Shown here: positions 36,863 to 46,284 of the stretch, piece after piece
How positions within the stretch are numbered: the stretch's first letter is position 1
Layout: every line of letters starts with the position of its first letter
Source of the DNA: an uncultured bacterium
Lineage (GTDB): Bacteria; Krumholzibacteriota; Krumholzibacteriia; WVZY01
DNA length: 64,000 nt
Reading direction: 5' to 3'
Assembly: GCA_964654695.1 (NCBI GenBank)
Contig: CAZZKJ010000003.1
Coordinates: 58,909 to 122,908 of the forward strand
The notes under the pieces: model-generated
What the model was told of the DNA's origin: nothing
The model's database searches: none
Seen by the model: only the letters and a program-made list of their open reading frames with translations
Made by a program: the position numbers and the translations under genes

Positions 36863-37591
36863 ATGCATGTTAATTCCCAGAGTTATAGAGCTGACATGAA
36901 AAGCGCCATCGCCGTCTCTATCTTATTCCATGCGACCGTCTACTTCCTTTCAACCCATATAATCAATTTCTCAAGGGTTCGATATGTTCCCAGGCAGGTA
37001 TACGCAGTAAGCCTGTTTTCAATGGATGACGCAAGAAAGCACCCGGATGAGAATAAAAACACCAGACCAACTCCTCCGAAATCCCCAGAGAAGGCCGAAA
37101 AAGATGAAGAGATGAAGCCACCTCCTGATGAATCCCAATCCAGGAGAAAGAAAAAGCAAGTTAATAAGAAACCTAAAGTCAAAAAAAAGACTGTACCTTC
37201 CAGCGAAGTGAATGAAAAAACTGCCGCCGATAATCAGACCAGCGGGGCTTCATCCGCAACCGGGGGAGGCATTGCAACCGGCGATATCAACCTGGATGCC
37301 TCCGATTTTCCATTCGGATATTATCTTGTTTCCATCAGGAGAAAAATCGCATCAAATTGGAATGTTATTAACGCTTCGGGAGGAGAGGCTGCGCACTGCA
37401 GGGTATATTTCAAGATTAACCGCAGGGGCGGTATAATATCGCCTACTATTGAGACTTCCAGTGGATATTTCCTTTTCGACCAGGCAGCGGTTAGGGCCGT
37501 GCTCCAGGCTGTTCCGCTGCCTCCGCTGCCGGGGGAATACCAGGAGGATTATCTGGGCGTGCATTTCAGCTTTGCTTATGAGGAGAGATAG
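36863..37591 (+). CDS. tolA: TolA/TonB-family energy transducer
   Basis: N-terminal TM with His, Lys/Pro-rich linker and a C-terminal domain (SSG..LFDQAA.RAV..A.PLPPLP); sits between tolR and tolB. Confidence 0.8.
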   Translation: MHVNSQSYRADMKSAIAVSILFHATVYFLSTHIINFSRVRYVPRQVYAVSLFSMDDARKHPDENKNTRPTPPKSPEKAEKDEEMKPPPDESQSRRKKKQVNKKPKVKKKTVPSSEVNEKTAADNQTSGASSATGGGIATGDINLDASDFPFGYYLVSIRRKIASNWNVINASGGEAAHCRVYFKINRRGGIISPTIETSSGYFLFDQAAVRAVLQAVPLPPLPGEYQEDYLGVHFSFAYEER

Positions 37592-38849
37592 CATTTTGAT
37601 AATCCTTGCACTGCTTGCCTTGTTCAGCGCTATTACTCCGGTAAATTCAAAAGCTCAAACCGAAGTGGAACTGGGGATCAAAACCTCATTCGCCGACAAA
37701 ATCCCTCTTTGGATGGAAAAGATCGGATATTCGGACTCTTCTCTGAGAGACATTTCACAGGAACTGGATCAGATCCTGAGGACTGATTTGGAATTTTCAG
37801 GTCTTTTTACGATTGAGAGAGGACGCCCCGAGAATACCTCAGGATCGCATGACAATTTATCCATTCTGGTTAGGGGGAAAGTCAGCTCTAAAAAAAGCGG
37901 CCCTCTTCAGGACAACACCTATTTCGAAGGCAGGGTGATAGACGCGTCAACAGGGCGGATGATCGGCGGCAAGCGTTACAGGCTGAGAAAAGGGCTGAAA
38001 AGAAAAATCGCGCATCATTTTGCAGATGAGATTATTAAAATGCTCACAGGCGAAAAAGGAATTGCGAGTTCAAAGATAATCTTTGTAAGAAAATCCTCCG
38101 ATAAATGGGAACTTGTGATGTGTGATTATGACGGTTATGACCCCATAATACTTCTTAAGCTTAATCGTCCGATTCTCAACCCCAGGTGGATCGAAAATGG
38201 AAAAGCGCTGGTTTATACGAGTTTTCTCTACGGCAAGCCGGACCTGTTTATTCGCCGCCTGTCGGAAAAATCCTCCAAACCCCTCGCGACATTTTCGGGA
38301 TTAAATTATTCGGTGGATTGGTCCCAAAAAAGAAAGGAACTTTTGGTTACATTGAGCAAAGACGGCAATCCTGAAATATATCTTTTTGATATTGAGAAGG
38401 GTCTAAAAAAACGGTTAACATATAACCGGGCCATAGACTGCAGCCCATCATGGTCTCCGAGCGGCAGGGAAATTGCTTTTACTTCGGACCGTTCGGGAAG
38501 TCCTCAGATTTACTTGATGGAATCCGACGGGAGCAACGTGAGGCGGCTGTCATTTTACGGAAGTTATAATTCTTCTCCCTCATGGGCTCCCCAGGGCAGT
38601 TTTATTGCATTCGTATCGAGAATAAATGGGTTTTTCCAGCTTTGCACGGTCAAACCTGACGGTTCGGGTCTTAGATTACTTACGGACGAAGCCCGCAACC
38701 ACGACTCTCCGCGCTGGGCTTCGGATGGAAGACATATAGTGTTTACAGAGGATACTCCTTCGGGCAGCGTGATTTCCATTGTTGACATCAATACCCGAGG
38801 TAGGCGAATATTATCCCAGGGCAAGAGTTCCGATTGGGTCTCGCGTTAG
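37578..38849 (+). CDS. tolB: TolB beta-propeller
   Basis: AHHFADEI...TGEKG, PD40 repeats (SPSWSPSGREIAFTSDRSGSPQIY) and a signal peptide from ATG 37578. Confidence 0.95.
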   Translation: MRRDSILIILALLALFSAITPVNSKAQTEVELGIKTSFADKIPLWMEKIGYSDSSLRDISQELDQILRTDLEFSGLFTIERGRPENTSGSHDNLSILVRGKVSSKKSGPLQDNTYFEGRVIDASTGRMIGGKRYRLRKGLKRKIAHHFADEIIKMLTGEKGIASSKIIFVRKSSDKWELVMCDYDGYDPIILLKLNRPILNPRWIENGKALVYTSFLYGKPDLFIRRLSEKSSKPLATFSGLNYSVDWSQKRKELLVTLSKDGNPEIYLFDIEKGLKKRLTYNRAIDCSPSWSPSGREIAFTSDRSGSPQIYLMESDGSNVRRLSFYGSYNSSPSWAPQGSFIAFVSRINGFFQLCTVKPDGSGLRLLTDEARNHDSPRWASDGRHIVFTEDTPSGSVISIVDINTRGRRILSQGKSSDWVSR

Positions 38850-38896
38850 CCAACCGGCCGAATCGGAAGAAATTTTAACAGGTGGAGGTAAAGTGA

Positions 38897-39421
38897 ATGC
38901 GTAGAATAAATATGTTTTTATTTATTTTGCTGTCAATTGTAATAATATTTGCTGTTTCATGTTCCAAGAAGCAAACGGTTAAGCCGCAGGCTGAACAAGA
39001 ACCTGTCAGCGAGATGGATGTCAGTGAAGAAGTGCCCGCGATCGAGGAAGAGCCCGTGGCGGAAGAGCCGCCGGCAAGGCCGGAGATGAGGGAACTGGAG
39101 GATGTGTTTTTCGATTTTGATAAGTACATTCTAAAGAGTGAAGCCAAGGCGGATCTCAATAGAAACGCCGAACAGCTCAGAGAATACCCATCCGCAAGCA
39201 TTATCATTGAAGGCCATTGCGATGAACGGGGTACGGAGGATTACAATATGGCCTTGGGTGAGAAGAGAGCGAAAAGCGTAAAAGCCTACCTCATTTCCCT
39301 GGGGATCGATGGAACGCGTCTTTCAGTAATAAGCTACGGAGAGACCCGGCCGTTTGCTTCAGGGCACGATGAGTCGGCCTGGTCTCAAAACCGGCGTGCT
39401 CATTTCGTCGCCAAGAAGTAA
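38897..39421 (+). CDS. pal: Peptidoglycan-associated lipoprotein Pal
   Basis: Lipobox AVSC; IEGHCDERGTEDYNMALGEKRA and NRRA. Confidence 0.96.
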   Translation: MRRINMFLFILLSIVIIFAVSCSKKQTVKPQAEQEPVSEMDVSEEVPAIEEEPVAEEPPARPEMRELEDVFFDFDKYILKSEAKADLNRNAEQLREYPSASIIIEGHCDERGTEDYNMALGEKRAKSVKAYLISLGIDGTRLSVISYGETRPFASGHDESAWSQNRRAHFVAKK

Positions 39422-39423
39422 AA

Positions 39424-40230
39424 ATGGTACTGAATAAAACACATTTCACAAAGATCGTCCTGCTTCTTGCTTTGTCGGCATGTTCAGGATGCTACGGGGG
39501 CAAATTTGTAAAAATGCCAATTAATGCCGACATTGCTTCCAGGCGCCTGGATACGCTTAAAACCCGGCAGCAGCGGATTATGAAATCGCTCGACACCCTC
39601 TCGCATCAATTGAAGGACGAAAAGGAAGAGCGGCTGAGGAACGGTGCAGGAATAGAAGCGAGGTTATCCGAAATCGAAGAAGCGCTGAGAATTCTATCCA
39701 GCAAGGTGGATGACAGCATGCAGTTGATGATGGGAATAAAACGGCCGGCGGCGCCGTTTCGAGCAATTGATCCCCATCAATCCACAGGGGATTCGCTTTC
39801 GGGGACGGTTCCCGACAGTCTGCAGAAAGAGAATGATTCTGCCGGAGACAATTCCGATGAAGATGATCTCTATAAAACGTCTTACATGGACCTGACCTTG
39901 GGTAACTTTGCGCTCTCCGTCCAGGGATTCAAAAACTACCTGGTAAGATATCCAGGGGGATCGCATCTGGTTGAAGTGCATTATTACCTGGGTGAAAGCT
40001 ACTATTCTACGGAAAAGTATCTCGAAGCCGTCGGTGAATATCAATTTATTATCCGGGAATATTCCAAGTCCAGGCTCGTTCCCGCTTCATATCTCAAGGC
40101 GGGTCTGTGCTATGCCAAACTGGACGAGCCCGCTTTGGCGGAAAAATCCTTCAGGCAGTTGATCTCCCTGTACCCGTATTCGGAGGAAGCGGAGCACGCC
40201 CGCGCCGCGTTGAAGGACTTGGAAGGATAG
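39424..40230 (+). CDS. cpoB: CpoB/YbgF (tol-pal TPR protein)
   Basis: Lipoprotein-like N-terminus, coiled coil and TPR repeats (YYLGESYY, SYLKAGLCY); directly after pal. Confidence 0.88.
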   Translation: MVLNKTHFTKIVLLLALSACSGCYGGKFVKMPINADIASRRLDTLKTRQQRIMKSLDTLSHQLKDEKEERLRNGAGIEARLSEIEEALRILSSKVDDSMQLMMGIKRPAAPFRAIDPHQSTGDSLSGTVPDSLQKENDSAGDNSDEDDLYKTSYMDLTLGNFALSVQGFKNYLVRYPGGSHLVEVHYYLGESYYSTEKYLEAVGEYQFIIREYSKSRLVPASYLKAGLCYAKLDEPALAEKSFRQLISLYPYSEEAEHARAALKDLEG

Positions 40231-40245
40231 CAGTTTTTAAGGGAG

Positions 40246-41487
40246 GTGGATAACACTATAAGCGGTATTTTTTTCATCTTGATTCTTCTTCTGCTGTCGG
40301 CTTTTTTCTCCGGTTCGGAAGCGGCTCTTTATTCTTTATCCCGCGCTCAGATAAGCAGAATGTCTCTAACCTCGGCCGCCGGCAGGAGAATCAAGTCTCT
40401 GTTTATTTCTCCGAGGAGGCTGCTTATAACCATTCTCCTCGGCAACCTCCTGGTCAATATTGTTTCCACCAGCGCCGTTACATCGGCAGCCCTTAAAATT
40501 TTCGGCGAGAGGGGCATCGGTTATGCTTTTATAACAATGTCGATCCTGATTCTTGCTGTCGGAGAGATTTTTCCGAAGGTTACAGCTCTTGCCCGGGCGG
40601 AGTTCTTCTCGCGCATCGTGATTTTTCCTCTGTCAGTGATTCACACTGCTTTTTATCCTATCCGGCTGCCTCTTTCCATTTTTGCAGATTCCGTAATCGA
40701 ATCAATTAAAAGCCGCTTGGGATATGTTAAAAAGTATTTTTCTTCGGAAGAATTGATTACAGCTGTCGATATGGGGGTTAAGGAAGGCAATTTTGATAAA
40801 TTCGAGCATTCGATCCTGTCAAATATTCTCGCCTTCCGAAAAAAGCAGGTAAAAGAAATAATGACTCCAACAGTCAATGTGTTTTCGCTGCCGGTAGAGA
40901 TGGGCCGGGAAGAAATGATCGCCGAGATCAGACGAAGCGGGTTTTCGCGCGTTCCAGTTCACGGCCGTTCGAAGGATGATATCAAGGGTTTTCTTCATAT
41001 AAAAGATCTGCTCAAGACGGCACTTCACGAGGAGAAACGCAGAACGAACCTGCCGCTTAGAAAAACATTCTTTGTTCCTGAAACCGCCCACATAGCCGAA
41101 TTGTTGAAGGAGTTCATAAAAAGTCGAATGCATTTTGCGGTAGTGATCGATGAATACGGATCGTACGTTGGGATCGCAACCATGGAAGATATTCTCGAGG
41201 AACTAATCGGAGAGATAAGGGACTCCAGGGAACCTCACATTGCTGAATACAGGATGATTGATGAGAATAATATTATCATCCCGGGCTCAATGGAAATAGA
41301 TAAATTCAACGAAATCATGAAAACGGATATACAAACCAAAGAATTTGCAACCATCGCAGGATATGTTACCGGCTTTACCGGAGTGATCCCGCGCGAGGGA
41401 GAAATCATCACTATCGGCGGTTTGCGGTTTCACATCTTATCTGCTGAGCCCAATCGAATCAGCAAGATAAAAGTCGAAAAAACATGA
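40246..41487 (+). CDS. CNNM/DUF21-CBS-CorC_HlyC protein (hemolysin family)
   Basis: FFSGSEAAL, GEIFPK, GFSRVPV, VIDEYG and TMEDILEELIGEI; C-terminal CorC domain. Confidence 0.92.
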   Translation: MDNTISGIFFILILLLLSAFFSGSEAALYSLSRAQISRMSLTSAAGRRIKSLFISPRRLLITILLGNLLVNIVSTSAVTSAALKIFGERGIGYAFITMSILILAVGEIFPKVTALARAEFFSRIVIFPLSVIHTAFYPIRLPLSIFADSVIESIKSRLGYVKKYFSSEELITAVDMGVKEGNFDKFEHSILSNILAFRKKQVKEIMTPTVNVFSLPVEMGREEMIAEIRRSGFSRVPVHGRSKDDIKGFLHIKDLLKTALHEEKRRTNLPLRKTFFVPETAHIAELLKEFIKSRMHFAVVIDEYGSYVGIATMEDILEELIGEIRDSREPHIAEYRMIDENNIIIPGSMEIDKFNEIMKTDIQTKEFATIAGYVTGFTGVIPREGEIITIGGLRFHILSAEPNRISKIKVEKT

Positions 41488-42464
41488 GCGATCTGTCACT
41501 TGGAATAATTTCGCTGGTGTCATTTATACTGGGGGCTTTTTTTTCCGGCTGCGAAACCGCATTTATTGCTTCAGATCCCATTCGGCTGCGCCATATGTCC
41601 AAAGGCGGCAGCCGAAAAGCCAGAACCGTCCTCACATTCCTGGATAACCCACAGTATCTCATGAGTTCCGTATTGGTAGGCACGAACCTGTCCGTTATAG
41701 GCTGCACGGCCACTTTCACGGCTGTTTTGACCCGGCGCTTCGGCGAGACGGGAGCTTCGGCTGCGGTGGTAGTTCTGGTCCCGCTCTTTTTAATCTTCAA
41801 TGAAATACTGCCCAAAGGCATATTCTTGTATTATTCGGCCAGGGCCGCGATGTTGTCGGCCTATCCGTTGAAAATATTTTCGATTGTATTATATCCGGTT
41901 ATCAAGGCCTTTTCATCAACTACCGACTTCCTGGTTAAAGCGGCGGGCATAGATTTGAAAGCCCAAAGAATGAATATTTCAATGGATGAGCTTCTTTTTC
42001 ACCTCGAGGACAGCGAGGAAGCCGGTTTGATCAGCCCTGAAACTTTGGATATGGTGTCAAGGGCGGTTAAATTGAGGCGCTTAAGCGCATCCGAAATAAT
42101 GATTCCGCTTGAAGATGTCGATATGGTCGAATCGGGGCAATCGATCGACGCATTTAAGGAAGCGCTGTCCAGAAGTGGTTTCAGCAGGCTGCCGGTATTT
42201 CGAGGGACTAGAAGCAATATTACGGGAATCCTTTCAATACATAAACTTCTTGCCGCTGAGGATCCTCGTGAAGGCGAAATGGAGTTGGAAGCAACCTACG
42301 TTGTTTCCCTGAAAAGCTCGATAGAAGAAATCCTTCTAAAGATGCAAAACCAGGGCTGCCATATGGCCTTTGTTGAGAAAGACGGTGGATTGATCGTTGG
42401 AATGCTTACATTGGAAGACATCCTGGAGCGGTTGGTTGGCGCAATTGAAGATGAGTATCATTAA
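41484..42464 (+). CDS. CNNM/DUF21-CBS protein (lacks the CorC_HlyC domain)
   Basis: FFSGCETAF, NEILPK, GFSRLPV and TLEDILERLVGAI. Confidence 0.9.
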   Translation: MSDLSLGIISLVSFILGAFFSGCETAFIASDPIRLRHMSKGGSRKARTVLTFLDNPQYLMSSVLVGTNLSVIGCTATFTAVLTRRFGETGASAAVVVLVPLFLIFNEILPKGIFLYYSARAAMLSAYPLKIFSIVLYPVIKAFSSTTDFLVKAAGIDLKAQRMNISMDELLFHLEDSEEAGLISPETLDMVSRAVKLRRLSASEIMIPLEDVDMVESGQSIDAFKEALSRSGFSRLPVFRGTRSNITGILSIHKLLAAEDPREGEMELEATYVVSLKSSIEEILLKMQNQGCHMAFVEKDGGLIVGMLTLEDILERLVGAIEDEYH

Positions 42465-42562
42465 CAAAATCCTCTGATGATCCGGATATTTATTGTTGCC
42501 AAACTCACGGAAAATTATGGATAAAGCCCTCACGATTGTGTTTTCTAGCAGGAAATCGGAAA

Positions 42563-43585
42563 ATGAAAATTGAAACCGAAGTATTTTGCCTGGAAACAAG
42601 TTATCCATTCAAAATATCCCGCAGTGAAAGAAAAGTATTCACGAATTTCATAATTTACCTTACCGACGGCAATGTGACGGGAACGGGGGAAGCAGCTCCG
42701 CAGACGTATTACGGAGAGAGCGAGAGGTCGGTCAGGTCCGCCCTTCAGAAAGTGCAAGGGAAACTTAACGGCGAACCAGGCGAACTGCGAAAAGATATCT
42801 ACGGTGGCCGTTTGGGAGGGATGCTTTCAGGAGATGCTTCGGTAAGGGCCGCTTTGGATATGGCATTGTGGGATCTTGAAGGCAAGATCGAGAAACTCCC
42901 TGTCTATGCCCTTCTCGAACTCGATCCGTTAAAAACGCCGCAGACTTCGATTACAATAGGATTTGATTCTCCCGATAGAATCAGGAAAAAGATCGGCAGT
43001 GCGGCGGCATTTTCAATTCTGAAACTCAAGATGGGACTACCGGGGGATTTCGACCTTCTTGATATCGTCTTATCCGAATCGAAAAAAAAAGTCCGGGTCG
43101 ATGCTAATGAGGGCTGGAATTTATCAAGCGCAAAACGGGCTGTGAGAGAGCTTCATAGCAGAGGCGTGGAATTCGTGGAACAGCCTATTTCGCATGAAAA
43201 TATGGAGGATTTGAAAATACTCAAAGCCGATTCGAAAATCCCTATTATTCTGGATGAGAGCATAATTACCGTGGAAGATGTCTGCCGCTGCAGTGAACAG
43301 GGACATGGCATAAACATAAAGCTCATGAAATGCGGAGGCATTACTCCCGCTTTGAAGCTTATCGAAAAAGCCAGAGTACTGGGATTGAAAGTAATGCTGG
43401 GATGCATGATCGAAACTTCCGTCGGCATCACGGCAGCCGCTCAAATCAGTCCGTTGGCTGATTATGCCGACCTGGACGGCAACCTGCTTTTGGCGGATGA
43501 TCCATTCACAGGAGCTCAAGTGGAAAATGGCCGGCTCATCTTGCCATCGGAGCCCGGCCTGGGTGTAAAAAAAAATAAATCCTGA
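42563..43585 (+). CDS. Dipeptide epimerase (L-Ala-D/L-Glu epimerase type, enolase superfamily)
   Basis: KLK, VDANEGW, VEQP, LDES, NIKLMKCGG and ADLDG. Confidence 0.88.
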   Translation: MKIETEVFCLETSYPFKISRSERKVFTNFIIYLTDGNVTGTGEAAPQTYYGESERSVRSALQKVQGKLNGEPGELRKDIYGGRLGGMLSGDASVRAALDMALWDLEGKIEKLPVYALLELDPLKTPQTSITIGFDSPDRIRKKIGSAAAFSILKLKMGLPGDFDLLDIVLSESKKKVRVDANEGWNLSSAKRAVRELHSRGVEFVEQPISHENMEDLKILKADSKIPIILDESIITVEDVCRCSEQGHGINIKLMKCGGITPALKLIEKARVLGLKVMLGCMIETSVGITAAAQISPLADYADLDGNLLLADDPFTGAQVENGRLILPSEPGLGVKKNKS

Positions 43586-43595
43586 ACGCCGCAGG

Positions 43596-43970
43596 TTATT
43601 CTAATACCACTACCGCATGGGCGGATTGGGTGGTATGTGTTATAGAACAGTAAATGCTTTCTGCGCCGGTTTTTTTAAATATCCTTTCGGTTTTGGCGGA
43701 TAAATGTATATGCGGGCATCCGGACTTGAGATTGAGCACCTCTATGTCATGCCATTTAAGGCCTCCGCTCCATCCCGTGCCGAGCGCTTTGAACAACGCT
43801 TCTTTCGCCGCGAAGCGTCCCGCCAGGAACAGGATGGAATCGTTTTTTTCTTCGAGTGAGTCGATTTCACCGCGAGTCAAAATTTTAGAAATGAATCGAT
43901 TGCCGTAGATTTCCAACAGGTTTCTAATCCTGTCAATTTCCACTGCGTCTATGCCTATGCCTTTTATCAT
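43596..43970 (-). CDS. acpS: Holo-[acyl-carrier-protein] synthase
   Basis: GIGIDAV, LAGRFAAKEALFKALGTG and SITHT. Confidence 0.95.
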   Translation of the reverse strand: MIKGIGIDAVEIDRIRNLLEIYGNRFISKILTRGEIDSLEEKNDSILFLAGRFAAKEALFKALGTGWSGGLKWHDIEVLNLKSGCPHIHLSAKTERIFKKTGAESIYCSITHTTQSAHAVVVLE

Positions 43971-44191
43971 CTGCCGCGAGCTCCCGAGGTTTGTCCAATT
44001 CAACAAAATATAATAACGCAAAAACACCCGTTTGAGTAGAAACATCGGATGTTGAAAAAAAAATGTAGAGAAGCTAATGTTCTAAAAAAAGCGCTTTTTT
44101 CTCATTTTGGCACCCATTAAGTGCTCGGGTCCTGTCGGAGCGGGGTTTTTGCATTCCCGTCGCAGCCGCGCGGAAGAAGCGCGGGAATTTA

Positions 44192-45574
44192 ATGCTCGAA
44201 ACAAAGGTTGCAATGTCTATGAACCTTCCGGAACAGGCATATTTTAAACGCAATTATACCCTCGGGATTATTAACGGCACCTTGGTGAATTTTGGCATGG
44301 CGTTCATCGATCCGTTTACCGTTCTTCCGGTTTTCATACTGAGATTGGGAGCTTCGAATTTCATAGTAGGTTTGGTCAGTGCGCTTTCGGGAGCGGGATG
44401 GTTTTTGCCGCAGATGTTTGTGGCAAGGGTCGCCGAATCCAGAAAGTTTCTACTCAATATTTACCGCAAAACCACAGTGCTGCGAATACTCGCATGGGGA
44501 GGTGTTGCGCTTTGCGTTTCGTTCGTAGATCCGGAACGGCGCTTTCTCTATTTGTTGGCCTTTATTTCTTTTTTTCTTACTGCCCAGCTGGGAGCGGGCC
44601 TGGCGGCCGTTCCTTTTCTTGAGATTACGAGCAAGACCATTCCCACTCAGATGCGCGGAACGTTTTTTGGAACCCGGAGATTCCTTGGGGGTCTGCTCGG
44701 TATACTTGCCGGCTTGTTGGTCGGGGTCATATTGAATACCGCAAGGGGGCCCATGCCGGCGGTGCAGTGGGCTTACGATTTTGTGCAGGATTTTGCCGAA
44801 AGGGCGGGTGCGGTTGGGCACGCGTTTCCATACAATTATGGAATTCTCTTTTTGATTGGCGGTTCCCTGATTTCCATCGGATTGCTGTCCTTTTGCTTCG
44901 TGGGCGAACCCCCTGCTCCGAGGGTCGGCGAACCGGAGGAAGTAATCCAGCATGTGAAATCAGGATTTCATATTTTGAAAAAAGATGCTAATTACAGGCT
45001 GTTCTATTTTGCTCGGATCGCCTGGCAGTTTACTGCGATGGCATTCCCTTTTTACAGCAGCTATGCTTATCAGCATTTGCATTTTTCCGAGAACGCAGTG
45101 GGAATTTTTGTTTCCCTGTGGGTCGGGTCCGGAGTGCTGTCAAATTACGTTTGGGGCAGGCTGCTGGATTCGAGGGGCAACAAGCTGGTACTGGTAATAA
45201 CAGCTTTTATGGGGATTTTGCCGCCGGTGATCATTCTCGTAATCGAGCATTTTTTTCAGCAAACAGGCGGCGGGGAAAGCAGCCTGCTGTTCCCGATGGT
45301 GGCCTCGACGTTTTTTATTAATGGTTTTATAAGGAGCGGCAGGGTCATAAGTAATCTTACCTACCTGCTTGAATTCGCGCCTCTGGAAAAACGTCCGCTG
45401 TACGTTGGATTCATGAACAGCTTTACATTTCCATTCATGCTGAGCCCGGCTGTTGGAGGCTTTATTCTGCAGTTATCGTCTATAAACGTGCTATTTGGAG
45501 CCGCGGCGGTTTTTTCTGTGATCAATATTTTACTGTGCCTGAAATTGAAAGAGCCTCGCACTGATATTCCCTGA
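44192..45574 (+). CDS. MFS transporter
   Basis: About 12 TM segments; WGRLLDSRGNK motif A-like loop; EFAP.EKRPLYVG. Confidence 0.85.
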   Translation: MLETKVAMSMNLPEQAYFKRNYTLGIINGTLVNFGMAFIDPFTVLPVFILRLGASNFIVGLVSALSGAGWFLPQMFVARVAESRKFLLNIYRKTTVLRILAWGGVALCVSFVDPERRFLYLLAFISFFLTAQLGAGLAAVPFLEITSKTIPTQMRGTFFGTRRFLGGLLGILAGLLVGVILNTARGPMPAVQWAYDFVQDFAERAGAVGHAFPYNYGILFLIGGSLISIGLLSFCFVGEPPAPRVGEPEEVIQHVKSGFHILKKDANYRLFYFARIAWQFTAMAFPFYSSYAYQHLHFSENAVGIFVSLWVGSGVLSNYVWGRLLDSRGNKLVLVITAFMGILPPVIILVIEHFFQQTGGGESSLLFPMVASTFFINGFIRSGRVISNLTYLLEFAPLEKRPLYVGFMNSFTFPFMLSPAVGGFILQLSSINVLFGAAAVFSVINILLCLKLKEPRTDIP

Positions 45575-45599
45575 CAATCGGACCTAAAAACTGCTCATA

Positions 45600-45617
45600 T
45601 GTCATGCCACAATGACA
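45600..45617. promoter_or_regulatory. Perfect inverted repeat, candidate enhancer (UAS) for the sigma54 promoter
   Basis: TGTCAT-N6-ATGACA about 100 bp upstream of the -24 box, with an AT-rich tract between them. Confidence 0.45.
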
Positions 45618-45708
45618 GCCTATCGTAAATCGAAAAGCTATGATTTAACGTAATTATATAATTGATTATATAACATGCTATTATGCGAAGTTTTTCTTTG
45701 ATCTTTTT

Positions 45709-45724
45709 TGGCACCTCCATTGCT
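45709..45724 (+). promoter_or_regulatory. sigma54 -24/-12 promoter of hsp20
   Basis: TGGCAC-CTCCA-TTGCT: near-consensus with exact spacing. Confidence 0.75.
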
Positions 45725-45794
45725 GTAAGAGGAAAACAGTTGATAAATATTTACAAAAACCGGTGAACCCGGACAGCATAAGGAGGTTTAAGCC

Positions 45795-46211
45795 ATGTTT
45801 TTAACAAAGTACAGCCCGATGGCTACCGTGGATAATTTTTGGGAAGCTTTGGGACGTGATTTTTTCCCGCTCTGCGGGGCTGATGATGAAGGATTCCGGC
45901 TGCCGAGCACTAATATAAACGAAAAGGAAACGGAATTCGTAATTTCCATGGAGATGCCGGGCGTGTCTAGAAAAGATGTTGAGGTCTCGGTTGAAGGCGG
46001 CAGCCTTACAGTGGCGGCCGAGAAGGTGAACAAAGTCGAGTCCGAAGGTCTTCTCAGAAACGAAATCAGGACTGATAAATTCCGCAGGAGCTTTCAAATC
46101 GGATCGAACATAGATGGTTCGAAGATAAAAGCCAAGATGGAAGACGGAATTCTCAAATTAATTCTTCCCAAGAAACCGGAGAACGTTGGAAGGAAGATCG
46201 ATATTTCCTGA
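45795..46211 (+). CDS. Hsp20/alpha-crystallin small heat-shock protein
   Basis: EMPGVSRKDVEV, FRRSF, A.MEDGILKL.LPK and a C-terminal IDI motif; AGGAGG RBS. Confidence 0.95.
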   Translation: MFLTKYSPMATVDNFWEALGRDFFPLCGADDEGFRLPSTNINEKETEFVISMEMPGVSRKDVEVSVEGGSLTVAAEKVNKVESEGLLRNEIRTDKFRRSFQIGSNIDGSKIKAKMEDGILKLILPKKPENVGRKIDIS

Positions 46212-46233
46212 GAGCGGAAGGATTGATTCTGTG

Positions 46234-46263
46234 CGAAAAGCCCGGGGTTTCCCGGGCTTTTCG
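46234..46263. terminator. Bidirectional intrinsic terminator
   Basis: CGAAAAGCCCGGG-GTTT-CCCGGGCTTTTCG between convergent genes. Confidence 0.9.
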
Positions 46264-46284
46264 TTTTCGCTCTTCAAGAGCTGC

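Noticed and set aside
44108-44124. TGGCAC...GTGC upstream of the MFS gene as a sigma54 box or CIRCE
   Set aside because: No GC at the -12 position, and the GCAC/GTGC spacing is 7 nt rather than the 13 nt of CIRCE.
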